Source: an uncultured delta proteobacterium (GTDB lineage Bacteria; Desulfobacterota; Desulfuromonadia; Desulfuromonadales; JACZKF01). Taken from it: DNA of 64,000 nt. Position 1 is the stretch's first letter; the number at the start of each line of letters is the position of its first letter. The stretch lies in NCBI GenBank assembly GCA_963816395.1, contig CAWFKQ010000007.1:64001-128000 (forward strand), written 5' to 3'. This document shows, in pieces, positions 30,656 to 39,417 of the stretch. The notes under the pieces were generated by a model. It saw only the letters and a list, made by a program, of their open reading frames with translations, ran no database searches and was not told where the DNA came from. A program made the position numbers and the translations under genes.

Positions 30656-30844
30656 ATGCCGATTTTTGAATTCTCATGCCGCGAATGCGGCGAAAAATTC
30701 GAACGCATCCAGAACACCCCTGCCGAAGAAGTGGAATGCCCGCGCTGCGGCCGACCGGCCAGGCGCGCGGTATCGATCTTTTCCGGCAGTTCTGCGGGCG
30801 GAGCCTGCGCCGCGCCATCCGGATCGCGATTCGGCTGAGGTTGA
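30656..30844 (+). CDS. FmdB-family zinc-ribbon protein; possible C-terminal Sec-Gly (first TGA at 30836-30838)
   Basis: MPIFEFSCRECG...CPRCG, RBS GGGGAGG; ends TTC GGC TGA GGT TGA followed by a SECIS-like hairpin. Confidence 0.85.
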
Positions 30845-30877
30845 TCCCGGGGCGCGGTCGGCGCTCCACAATAAGGG

Positions 30878-30914
30878 AAAAGGGGGAGAGGCCGCAGTGG
30901 CATCTCCCCCTTTT
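30878..30914. terminator. Bidirectional terminator
   Basis: AAAAGGGGGAGA...TCTCCCCCTTTT between convergent genes. Confidence 0.8.
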
Positions 30915-30933
30915 GCTTCTTCCTGAGAAGAGG

Positions 30934-32355
30934 TCAGCCCTGGACGAAATCAGCGGCCGCCTGCATCACCCGCTCGAGTTCGGCGGCGCTTCCCGCCTCG
31001 GCATAGACCCGCACCACCGGCTCGGTTCCCGACTTGCGGAAAAGCATCCAGGAGCCGTCGGTGAAAAGGAATTTGGCTCCATCGACGGTAATCACCTGGG
31101 CGACCTTCTTCCCGCCCACGGCAGCCGGCGGCGCGGCCAGTTTTCCGCCCAGGCTCTCCTCCAATTCAGGCGAGAGATGGATATTCTGCCGGCGCGTGTG
31201 AAACTCCCCCACCCGCCGGTAGAGATCGGCAAGCAGCTCGCCCAGGGACTTGCCGGTGACCGCCACCATCTCCGCCACCAGCAGACAGGCGAGGATGCCG
31301 TCCTTGTCGGGTACATGTCCGCGCACGGTCAGGCCGGCACTTTCCTCGCCGCCGATGAGAATGCGGTCGTCGCGGATGAATTCGCCGATGAACTTGAAGC
31401 CGACCGGGGTCTCCAGGATCTGCAGACCGTGGTGGCGGGCGACGGCATCGACGAAGTGAGAGGTGGCTACCGAGCGGGCGACGTCGCCGGTCTGCTTTTT
31501 CACCCGCACCAGATAATCGGCGAGCAGGGCAAGGATATAGTTGGGCTCGATGAAGGAGCCGTCGCCATCGACAATGCCGTAGCGATCGGCATCGCCGTCG
31601 GTTGCCACCCCGAGGCGAATGGCCGGATCGCTCTTCACCAGGGCGATGAAGTCGCCGATATGCTCTGCCGCGGGCTCGGGGGGATGGCCGCCGAAGTAGG
31701 GGTCGGCATGATCGTTGATGGCGACCACCGGCGCTCCCGCCGCACGCAGCAGTTCATCGAGATAGCCCCGGGCGGTCCCATACAGGGTGTTGACTGCGAT
31801 CTTCATTCCGGAGCGGCCGATGGCGTCAAAATCGATCAGCTTGCGAACCTTCTCGAAGTAGGCAGCGCGCGGATCGATCTCCTCCACCAGGCCGGCCGCG
31901 AAGGCCTGGTCCATCGGCATCTGCCGATAGCACATCTCCCCGATCATGGCATTGGCACGGGTTTCGATGTCGCGGGTGGTTTCGGGCAATGCCGGCCCGC
32001 CCCAGTCGGGGGAAAATTTCAGCCCGTTGTAGTCGAAAGGGTTATGGCTGGCGGTGAAATTGATGCCGCCACCGGCCCGGCGGAGCAGGATTTCGGAGGC
32101 TATTACCGGAGTAGGCACATCGCGGTTGCAGAGGAAGCTCTTGATGCCGGCGCCGGCGAGCACCCGCACTGTTTCCCGGGCAAAATACCGGCCCATGAAG
32201 CGGGTGTCGTAGCCGACCACCACCCCCTTGCCCTCCTTCCCCACCATCCGCAGGTGATCGCCGATGGCCTGGGTAACCACCCGGACATTCTCCATGGTGA
32301 ATTCTTCGCAGAAAATCCCCCTCCAGCCGGAGGTCCCGAAGCTGATGCGGCTCAT
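30934..32355 (-). CDS. Phosphoglucomutase/phosphomannomutase
   Basis: FGTSGWRG, TASHNP, DGDADR, GGEESAG, RKSGTEP. Confidence 0.95.
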   Translation of the reverse strand: MSRISFGTSGWRGIFCEEFTMENVRVVTQAIGDHLRMVGKEGKGVVVGYDTRFMGRYFARETVRVLAGAGIKSFLCNRDVPTPVIASEILLRRAGGGINFTASHNPFDYNGLKFSPDWGGPALPETTRDIETRANAMIGEMCYRQMPMDQAFAAGLVEEIDPRAAYFEKVRKLIDFDAIGRSGMKIAVNTLYGTARGYLDELLRAAGAPVVAINDHADPYFGGHPPEPAAEHIGDFIALVKSDPAIRLGVATDGDADRYGIVDGDGSFIEPNYILALLADYLVRVKKQTGDVARSVATSHFVDAVARHHGLQILETPVGFKFIGEFIRDDRILIGGEESAGLTVRGHVPDKDGILACLLVAEMVAVTGKSLGELLADLYRRVGEFHTRRQNIHLSPELEESLGGKLAAPPAAVGGKKVAQVITVDGAKFLFTDGSWMLFRKSGTEPVVRVYAEAGSAAELERVMQAAADFVQG

Positions 32356-32377
32356 GCATTCCTCCTGAGAAATTCGT

Positions 32378-32411
32378 AGTGAGATAGCGAGGTAGCGAGA
32401 CAGGAAGGTAG
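32378..32411. repeat. Octamer array
   Basis: AGTGAGAT AGCGAGGT AGCGAGAC AGGAAGGT. Confidence 0.6.
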
Positions 32412-32427
32412 AAAAACCCCCGCCTCC

Positions 32428-33071
32428 CTATCCTCTGAATCTGCCGACCATGGCCTGCAGCCCGCGATACCCGAACCAGGCGCCAAAGGCGAGGATGAAC
32501 AGGGCGCAGGTACCGACCAGCAGCCGATAACCCCGGTCGGAAAGGAAACGGCGACCGTAACTCACCGTCGCCGAGACCAAAGAATACCATACAAAATCGG
32601 AAAGGATATGGAAGAGGAAGAAAACAATCACTCCGGCCGCTCCGGCGGCCCGGGCCACCACCAGGTAGCCGATACCGACCGTGGCCCACCAGAGAGTGAA
32701 ATAGGGATTTGCCAGACTGACCGCCGCCCCGGCGAACAGCGGATGCAGGCCGGCCTCGCCCTGCGCCTGTAACTCGAGGCGCAGGCTGGCAAGCCACGCA
32801 GCATTTGCGAGCCCATCCACATGAGCATACCGCCGCCGGCCAGGGCGACAACACTGAATACGGCCGGTTGCTGCACCAGCTCGGCAAGACCGAAGAAAAA
32901 AAGCACCACGAGCAGGCCCTCGAGAATAGCGTGCCCAGCCGCCAGCAGCGGACCGGCCCAGATGCCGCGGCGGACCGTTTCGGCCACCGTAACCGTCAGC
33001 AGGGGACCGGGCATCAGCGCCCCGGACAAACCGATGACGAAGGACATGCCGGCGATGGCGACAAGGTTCAC
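32428..33071 (-). CDS. LysE family translocator; frameshifted
   Basis: GLSGALMPGP, GHAILE, SLANPYFTLWWATVG, HILSD across ORFs 32628..33098 and 32428..33132; GTG start at 33071. Confidence 0.85.
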
Positions 33072-33361
33072 AGGCAGCCGTCCTCCTGTCCATCCCACAG
33101 GTGGGGCGACTGGTAATCCGCCAGTTCGGCAACGTACGGGCAGTCGCCCGGCAAAATGCCGCGGGCGATCAAGCGGGGAGTCAGCCGGGCGCAGCCGCGG
33201 CGGAGCCGGTGCCGCTCGGAATAGACGGTGCAGAGGCGGGTCTGCGGGTCAAGCCGCTCACAGGGGATATCGGTGTAGTATATTTCCCCTCGGTATTCGA
33301 TTTTCTCATAGCAGCAGCGCCCGCAACGGCGGCAGCGGCTTTCCCATTCCGTGTTGGTCAT
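33068..33361 (-). CDS. YkgJ/YcgN-like CxxCxxCC cysteine cluster protein
   Basis: WESRCRRCGRCCYEK, C.VY..R, LPGDCPY. Confidence 0.85.
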   Translation of the reverse strand: MTNTEWESRCRRCGRCCYEKIEYRGEIYYTDIPCERLDPQTRLCTVYSERHRLRRGCARLTPRLIARGILPGDCPYVAELADYQSPHLWDGQEDGCL

Positions 33362-33371
33362 TCCTCACCCC

Positions 33372-33536
33372 CTAGTGTCCCGATTGGTTAATTCCGTCCA
33401 TTAATTCTGGTCCTTTTGCCCGCTAGCTGCGTTGCGCCTCCTCGGCTTAGTGCAGGCTAGGCCTGCGTCGGCGCGCCTTGCCAGCAGCCAAAATGCCTCA
33501 GAATTATCTGAATTGACTAACCAAACGGGACACTAG
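33372..33536. mobile_element. MITE with CTAG-ended terminal inverted repeats
   Basis: CTAGTGTCCCGATTGGTTA ... TAACCAAACGGGACACTAG (18/19 match), 165 bp, non-coding. Confidence 0.8.
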
Positions 33537-33611
33537 CCAGCTAACGGTAGTCAATGCCGCCCTACAGGTCAACTGGAAAACAGATTTCTTTCGCCATCCC
33601 ATATTTAATGA

Positions 33612-33640
33612 TTGACAAAATTGCCGCCTCCCATTAATAA
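33612..33640 (+). promoter_or_regulatory. Sigma-70-type promoter
   Basis: TTGACA-17 nt-TAATAA upstream of 33692. Confidence 0.5.
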
Positions 33641-33691
33641 TGACGATTCTGAAAAAGCGATAAACCCTACTCCCCCAAGGAGGTATCTCCA

Positions 33692-33982
33692 ATGCAGTGT
33701 CAGAGTGTTCTCCCCGGTACCGAGTGTACCTTCTGGTCCAAGCAGGGCTGCGTCTTCAACGGCAGCTCCTGCCAGAATGTCGTTGAGGATTGCCAGGGCT
33801 GCGATCGCATCGTCGACGGAACCATCGGCCAGGTCTGCTCCGTCGCGCCGGCTCCCAAGCAGAAGTGGGCCTTGGGCCTCTGCAACATGGCTACCCATCG
33901 CAAAGTCGACCTGCAGAGCGCCGAGTCGAAGATGGTCAACCCGCTGAAGGCATCCAAGAAAGCTTCGGCCAAGAAGAAATAG
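33692..33982 (+). CDS. PxxKW family cysteine-rich protein
   Basis: C-x7-C-x6-C-x6-C, C.GC, C...PAPKQKW..G.CNMATH, NPLKASK basic tail; RBS AAGGAGG. Confidence 0.85.
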   Translation: MQCQSVLPGTECTFWSKQGCVFNGSSCQNVVEDCQGCDRIVDGTIGQVCSVAPAPKQKWALGLCNMATHRKVDLQSAESKMVNPLKASKKASAKKK

Positions 33983-34000
33983 GAACAAATTCGCATCTTG

Positions 34001-34043
34001 AAACGCAAAAAGCAGGCGCCAACGGCGCCTGCTTTTTGCGTTT
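34001..34043. terminator. Bidirectional terminator
   Basis: AAACGCAAAAAGCAGGCGCC-AAC-GGCGCCTGCTTTTTGCGTTT. Confidence 0.9.
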
Positions 34044-34738
34044 CAGCGGAACAGGAGAAACAGCAGGGGCAGAATGAAGGCGGTGATCAGCCCATTCAGA
34101 CCGATGGCCAGCCCGGCAATCGCTCCCCCCAGGCGGTCCACCTCCAGCATGCGGGCGGTGCCGATGCCGTGGGCCGCAGTTCCCACCGCCAGGCCCATGG
34201 CCGCCGGTTCGCGGATGCCGACCAAACGGCAGAATTCCGGCCCGCAGATGGCCCCCAGACATCCGGTGAGGACGACAATGGCGGCGGTCAGCGGCGCAAT
34301 GCCGCCGATCTTCTCGACGATACCGATAGCGATCGGCGTTGTTACCGATTTCGGCGCCAGCGAGAGGACCACATCCCGGCTTCCCCCGAGCAGCCAGGCA
34401 ATGCCGCAGGCGGAGACCATAGAGGTCACGGCTCCCGCCGTAACCCCCAGCAGAATAGGCACCTTCTTACTGAGAATCTCCCGCCGGCGACTGTACAGAG
34501 GGACACCGAGAGCGACCACTGACGGCCCCAGCAGAAAGAGGATAAAGCGACCGCCGACGGCATATTGCGCATAGGGGATCTGCAGCAGCAGCAGAAAGGC
34601 GATGACGCCGGCGATAGACAGGGCGACGGGGGTGAACAGGAGATTGCCGGTGCGCAGGTACAGCTTCTGCGCCAGCGCATAGGCCCCGAGGGTCAGGGCA
34701 ATGCCGAAGAGGGGACTGCCGAGGAGTTCATTCCACAC
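34043..34738 (-). CDS. LrgB/CidB family membrane protein
   Basis: LLGPSVVALGVPLY, SLAPKSVTTPIA, GTAAHGIGTAR. Confidence 0.93.
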   Translation of the reverse strand: MWNELLGSPLFGIALTLGAYALAQKLYLRTGNLLFTPVALSIAGVIAFLLLLQIPYAQYAVGGRFILFLLGPSVVALGVPLYSRRREILSKKVPILLGVTAGAVTSMVSACGIAWLLGGSRDVVLSLAPKSVTTPIAIGIVEKIGGIAPLTAAIVVLTGCLGAICGPEFCRLVGIREPAAMGLAVGTAAHGIGTARMLEVDRLGGAIAGLAIGLNGLITAFILPLLFLLFR

Positions 34739-35081
34739 GGTCCCCTCCCCGCTTCTCGAGCCAGCGTTCAGTCCAGCCGGTCACGGCCATTACAGCGAAA
34801 GTACTGAGCACCAGGGCGGCGGCGATCGGCAGCCATTCGCGCCGGATCAGGTCGAAATAGACCATCACCCCGACCCCGGCGGGGATGAAGAAAAGGGCAA
34901 AATGGGAAAGCAGCAACTCCGCCGCTTCCTGCACCCATTCCAGCCGGATGATCCCCGTCGCCAGGGCCGCCAACAGCAGTCCCATGCCGATCACGTTGCC
35001 GGGGATGGGCAGATGCAGGCCCAGAGAAGTCATTTCACCGACGAACTGCAGCAGCAGCAGAATGGCCATTCCTCTGACCAT
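34728..35081 (-). CDS. CidA/LrgA family protein
   Basis: LPIPGNVIGM, LFFIPAGVGV; paired with lrgB. Confidence 0.93.
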   Translation of the reverse strand: MVRGMAILLLLQFVGEMTSLGLHLPIPGNVIGMGLLLAALATGIIRLEWVQEAAELLLSHFALFFIPAGVGVMVYFDLIRREWLPIAAALVLSTFAVMAVTGWTERWLEKRGGDRVE

Positions 35082-35122
35082 GGTCCCTTCCTTTCGTCAA
35101 GTGCCCCGGGCAGGGCAGCAAA

Positions 35123-35917
35123 TCACAGTTCTGCTTTTAATCCCTCGACCACGGCTGCGACTTCCTCGCGAATATCCTTCGCTCCGGGGGAACGTTCGTG
35201 TAACAGGAATTCCTGGAAATTGTGCAGGGCCTGGCGCGGCCGTTCCTGATCGAGATTGATATTCCCCAGGGTGAGATAGGCGAAGGCGAAATCGGGATCA
35301 TGCTGCAGCGTCTCCCGGCATTCCCGCTCCGCCGCCTCCAAGTCTCCCATATCATATTGCATCTCCGCCAGGTTGTAATGGCCCTGAGGGTCTTCCGGAT
35401 CGATCTCGATCACCCGCCGGTACAGAGAAAGGGCCTCTTCGTTCCGGCCCAGGGCATAACAGGCGTCACCCAGGGAGTTCAGGGCAAAAATAGAATCGGG
35501 CTCCAGCGCCAGTGCCTTGCGGAATGCCGCTTCCGCCTGTTCCATCCGCTCCTGGTGAAAATGCACCAGGCCAACGCTGACCCAGCCATCCGCCTGGGCA
35601 TCGTCATGCCGCAGGATATCCTCGTAGACCTGCAAAGCGGATTCCGGCTGCGCCGCTTCGAATAAGGTATCCCCCAGGGCATACAGCACTTCCAGATTCT
35701 CCGGCTCAAGATCTCGCGCGCGGCCGAAGGCCGCCGCCGCCTCGGCTGGCTGGCCACTCTCGCCGAGTGCCTCACCGAGCAGAAAATGCGCCTGAGCCGC
35801 CTGTGGAAAATCCTGGGCGGCCTGCCGCCCTATCCGCACCGCGACCGTATAATCACCGATCTCCAGAGCTTCCCTTCCCTGCCGCAGCAGCCTTTCCAGT
35901 TCCTGCATCCTCCGCAT
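35123..35917 (-). CDS. Tetratricopeptide repeat protein
   Basis: Successive 34-aa TPR-like repeats (AHFLLG, ALNSLG, GHYNLA, AYLTLG). Confidence 0.9.
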   Translation of the reverse strand: MRRMQELERLLRQGREALEIGDYTVAVRIGRQAAQDFPQAAQAHFLLGEALGESGQPAEAAAAFGRARDLEPENLEVLYALGDTLFEAAQPESALQVYEDILRHDDAQADGWVSVGLVHFHQERMEQAEAAFRKALALEPDSIFALNSLGDACYALGRNEEALSLYRRVIEIDPEDPQGHYNLAEMQYDMGDLEAAERECRETLQHDPDFAFAYLTLGNINLDQERPRQALHNFQEFLLHERSPGAKDIREEVAAVVEGLKAEL

Positions 35918-35928
35918 CCTTTCTCTTC

Positions 35929-36570
35929 TCAGTAGCCGAAATCTTCATTGATCAGGCAGACCTGGATATCGGTAGCCCGGGGGCATTTTTCGATAATGGT
36001 CGTGATGCGGCAGATGCGCTGCGGCGAGTTGCAGTCGCTGCACACCCCGGTTTGGGCGCAGGGGGTTTTATATCCCAGGCGCCGGGCATTCGGCGGGCTG
36101 GCCATCTCCTTGATCCGCTTCAGGGCACTGTCGAGGTCGACGACGAGTTTATTGGCGCCGGCCACAACAATGACCCGCTTGGGCCCGAAAGCCATGGCAC
36201 CGACCCGATTGCCGGTGGCGTCGATATTTACCAGCTGCCCTTTGAGGGTAAGGGCGTTGGTGCTGGTGAAGAAAAGATCGCAGCCGAGCTGCTCCTGCAT
36301 CACCTGCCGCCGCTCCGCGGGTGAGAGGCCGGGAAGGGTATGCAGCAGAGTCTTCTTCCCCGCCTGCGCGAGGAAACCGGCCAGACCGAGTTCGGTTATA
36401 GTCATCGAGCCGCCGAAGCCGACAGTGGTCGCCTCCGCGGCAGCCTGCATCAGGTAAGGGACCGCTTCCTGCCGTGAAGGGAACAGCATAGTGGCAAAGC
36501 CGTTCTTCTCCAGGGCCGCCCCTGCCGTTTCCATCAATTGCTGCCGCCGCCAGCGCAGGTTATCATCCAT
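35929..36570 (-). CDS. LUD domain (lactate utilization protein-like)
   Basis: VGFGGSMT, STNALT, VNIDATGNRV, TPCAQTGVCSDCNSPQRIC; start at MDDN after GGAGG. Confidence 0.88.
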   Translation of the reverse strand: MDDNLRWRRQQLMETAGAALEKNGFATMLFPSRQEAVPYLMQAAAEATTVGFGGSMTITELGLAGFLAQAGKKTLLHTLPGLSPAERRQVMQEQLGCDLFFTSTNALTLKGQLVNIDATGNRVGAMAFGPKRVIVVAGANKLVVDLDSALKRIKEMASPPNARRLGYKTPCAQTGVCSDCNSPQRICRITTIIEKCPRATDIQVCLINEDFGY

Positions 36571-36571
36571 T

Positions 36572-37883
36572 TCAACCTCCTTGTCGCGGCGCTTCCGCCG
36601 CCAGATATTCCAGCGCCTCCAGCATGCCCCAAGGGGAGCTGCCGATTTTGCGCACGGGGATTCCAAGTTCCCGACTCAGGTCGGGCAGGGACAGATCATC
36701 GAGAAAAATGTCCTCGCCTTCTTTGAGCACCACCTCCGGCACCAGCAGCACTTTCCCCAGCTCTTTGCCGCGCAGCTGCTGAACCACGTCCCGTCCCGTC
36801 AATAACCCGGCAACGGTGACATGACCGCCGAAAAAGTCGTTGCGAATCGGGTGCAGATGAATGGTTACGCCGGTTCTGGCCGAAAGAGCGACAAGGTAGC
36901 GGGTCAGCTCAGGGTGGGCCGACTGGCCGGTAAAGGTGGAGACGGGGGGCAGGACAAGCGGCTCCGCTTCGTTCAGCGCTTCGGCCGCTTCCTGCTGGAA
37001 AACGGCGATCATGCCTACCCCGTTTTCCAGCTGCGGCAGATCCTCATAGGCCGCCAACGGTGGAATCTCGGCCCCGGCCTGCAGGTAAAACTCATCGGCG
37101 GCAAAGACAAAGCGGCTGCCGGCTTCGGTCAGAAAACGTTCCTGATATCCATGCAACAGATCGAGAACCGCTGTTGCCTCGGCGACAGTGGGCGGCCGCA
37201 GTTGCGGCAAACGCTGACGATATCCGGTCAGTCCGACCGGAACGACCGCCAGGGAGCGGATACCTGGTCGCAGGGCATACAGGTCCTCGATGGTTCGTTC
37301 CAGTTCAGCGCCGTCATTGATTCCCGGGCAGAGCACCACCTGGGTATGGATCTCAATCCCGGCCGCGGTCAGCCGTCGCAGTAATTCAAGAACCGGCGCC
37401 CCGCTGCGGCCGAGCATTCTGGTTCGCAGTTGCTCGTCGGTGGCGTGCACCGAGACGTACAGGGGGGAGATGTGCTGTTGGGTGATGCGCTGCAGATCAG
37501 GCTCCTGCCACATTGCTCAAAGTGATATAGGAGCCATAGAGATAAGAAAAGCGATAATCTTCGTCCTTCAGGTACAGGGAGCGTCGCATGCCGCGCGGCA
37601 GTTGATGAACGAAGCAGAAAAGACAGTTATTACCGCACTGGGTCGGCTCCGGATGCTGGAAATGCAGGCCGAGGGTGTCATCGGCATCCTTCTCGATTTC
37701 CAGGTCCCAGAGATCGCCATTTTGCTTCTGCACCTCCAGCAGGATTTCTTCATCCCCGATGACCACCTGAAAATCAAGCAGGTCCCGCACCGGCTCGCCA
37801 TTGATGGCGAGGATCCGGTCACCCGGTTCGAGATCCAGTTCGGCACCGATACTGCCGGGTTCTACTTCACATATTTCCAGCAT
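36572..37883 (-). CDS. PDZ + DUF512 putative Fe-S oxidoreductase; frameshift near 37510
   Basis: PGSI..EL.LEPGD, C.N.C.FCF, LYLKDEDYR, VVPVGLT, QLENGVG. Confidence 0.88.
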
Positions 37884-38237
37884 GTTGCTCCCTCCACCCG
37901 GCACCAAGAGAAAGCGGCAACAGCCTCGGGCGGATAGCGTGAACAGAATCAATGCGCATGCGATCGACGGGCTGGAAATAGAAAAAAACGGCGGACGGCG
38001 AAAGCCGGCGGGGGCGGTACATTCTGGTTACAGGCTCACGTTCAAGATGGCGACAGCTGGCAGGCGTTTTTGCCCGGCGGGGCGCCGGGACGCAGGGGTC
38101 GGGGCAAGCCGGCCGTGATTGCGCGGACACGGCAACGGTTCCATGGTCGGGAAAGACAAAGGTCCCCGCCGGAGGTTCATACCCCTCCCGACAGGGACCT
38201 GGATGAGCCGGTATTCAGGTGCCCCGTTCCGGGCGCC

Positions 38238-38471
38238 TCAGTCCCTGCCCCCGTGCAGGCGGAACGAGCCGTCGGCAGAGGTGATGGAGGAGATCGCATG
38301 CTTGTACAGCAGAATATCGCCGCCGCTTTCGATCAGCACGCAGAAGCTGTCGAAGGACTTGATATATCCGTCCAGCTTCTCTCCCGACATCATAACAACA
38401 GTGACGCGTACCCGCTCTTTGCGGGCCTGATTTAAATACTGGTCCTGAATGTTGAATGGGGTCTTAGCCAT
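38238..38471 (-). CDS. hfq: RNA chaperone Hfq
   Basis: NIQDQYLN, SFD.F, LLYKHAISSI; follows miaA. Confidence 0.97.
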   Translation of the reverse strand: MAKTPFNIQDQYLNQARKERVRVTVVMMSGEKLDGYIKSFDSFCVLIESGGDILLYKHAISSITSADGSFRLHGGRD

Positions 38472-39417
38472 GGCCACTCCTTTGACTCTGCATAAAATAT
38501 TCAATCAACTGGAGGATTCTACCAAACTCTGGCGAGGAATCAACCCAAATAATTTCGATATCTTTCCGAAACCAGGTAAGCTGGCGTTTTGCGTAGCGCC
38601 GGGAGTCGCGCTGGATCAGGGCAATCGCCGTCGGCAGCGGCAGCTCTCCCTGCAGGTGCCGGATCACCTCCCGATAACCGATCGTCTGCAGTGCTTTGCA
38701 GGAAGGGGAAAATCCCCGGGCCAGAAGGCCCTGCACTTCGTTCACCAGACCGGCGGCCAGCATGGACTCGGTGCGGCGGTCAATCCGTGCGAAAAGTTCC
38801 TGCCGCGCCGGAGCAAGGGCGATCTTCAGGGTACGGAAGGGACGATCGGCAAAGGCATGCGCTGTCTGCATCTCGGAAAAACGCCGCCCGGTAAGCGCCT
38901 GCACCTCCAGCGCCCGGACGATGCGCACCTGGTCACGCGGCGACAGGCGGGCCGCCAGGGCCGGATCGGCAAGCTGCAGCCGGCGGTACAAGGTCCCCTC
39001 CCCTTCACTTGTTTCCAGTTCCAGCAGCTCCCTGCGCAGGCGGGCACTCCCGGCAGGGGCGGCGACGAGTCCCTCGGTCAGGGTCCGGATGTACAGCCCC
39101 GTCCCCCCGACCACCACCGGCAGCCGTCCACGGCCGCCGATTTCGACCGCGGCCTGGCGCCCGCGACGGGCGAAATCGGCGGCGGTGAAAGGCTCGTCAG
39201 GCTCGACGACATCGATCAGGTGATGCGGCACCCGGGCCAGTTCATCCAAGGTCGGCTTGGCGGTTCCGATATCGAGTCCGCGGTAGACCTGCCGGGAATC
39301 GGCGGAGATCACCTCAATCGGCAGGTGCTCTGCCAGTTGCAGAGCCAGAGCCGTTTTACCGGCTGCCGTCGGGCCACAGATGACGATCAGGGGAGGATGC
39401 TCCCCGACCACAGGCAT
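38464..39417 (-). CDS. miaA: tRNA dimethylallyltransferase
   Basis: GPTAAGKT, SADSRQVYRGLDIGTAKP, GGTGLY, YAKRQLTWFR. Confidence 0.96.
   Translation of the reverse strand: MPVVGEHPPLIVICGPTAAGKTALALQLAEHLPIEVISADSRQVYRGLDIGTAKPTLDELARVPHHLIDVVEPDEPFTAADFARRGRQAAVEIGGRGRLPVVVGGTGLYIRTLTEGLVAAPAGSARLRRELLELETSEGEGTLYRRLQLADPALAARLSPRDQVRIVRALEVQALTGRRFSEMQTAHAFADRPFRTLKIALAPARQELFARIDRRTESMLAAGLVNEVQGLLARGFSPSCKALQTIGYREVIRHLQGELPLPTAIALIQRDSRRYAKRQLTWFRKDIEIIWVDSSPEFGRILQLIEYFMQSQRSGHG

Noticed and set aside
34043..35081. CidA/LrgA-LrgB pair as a phage lysis cassette
   Set aside because: This is a common chromosomal pair, and no phage genes are nearby.
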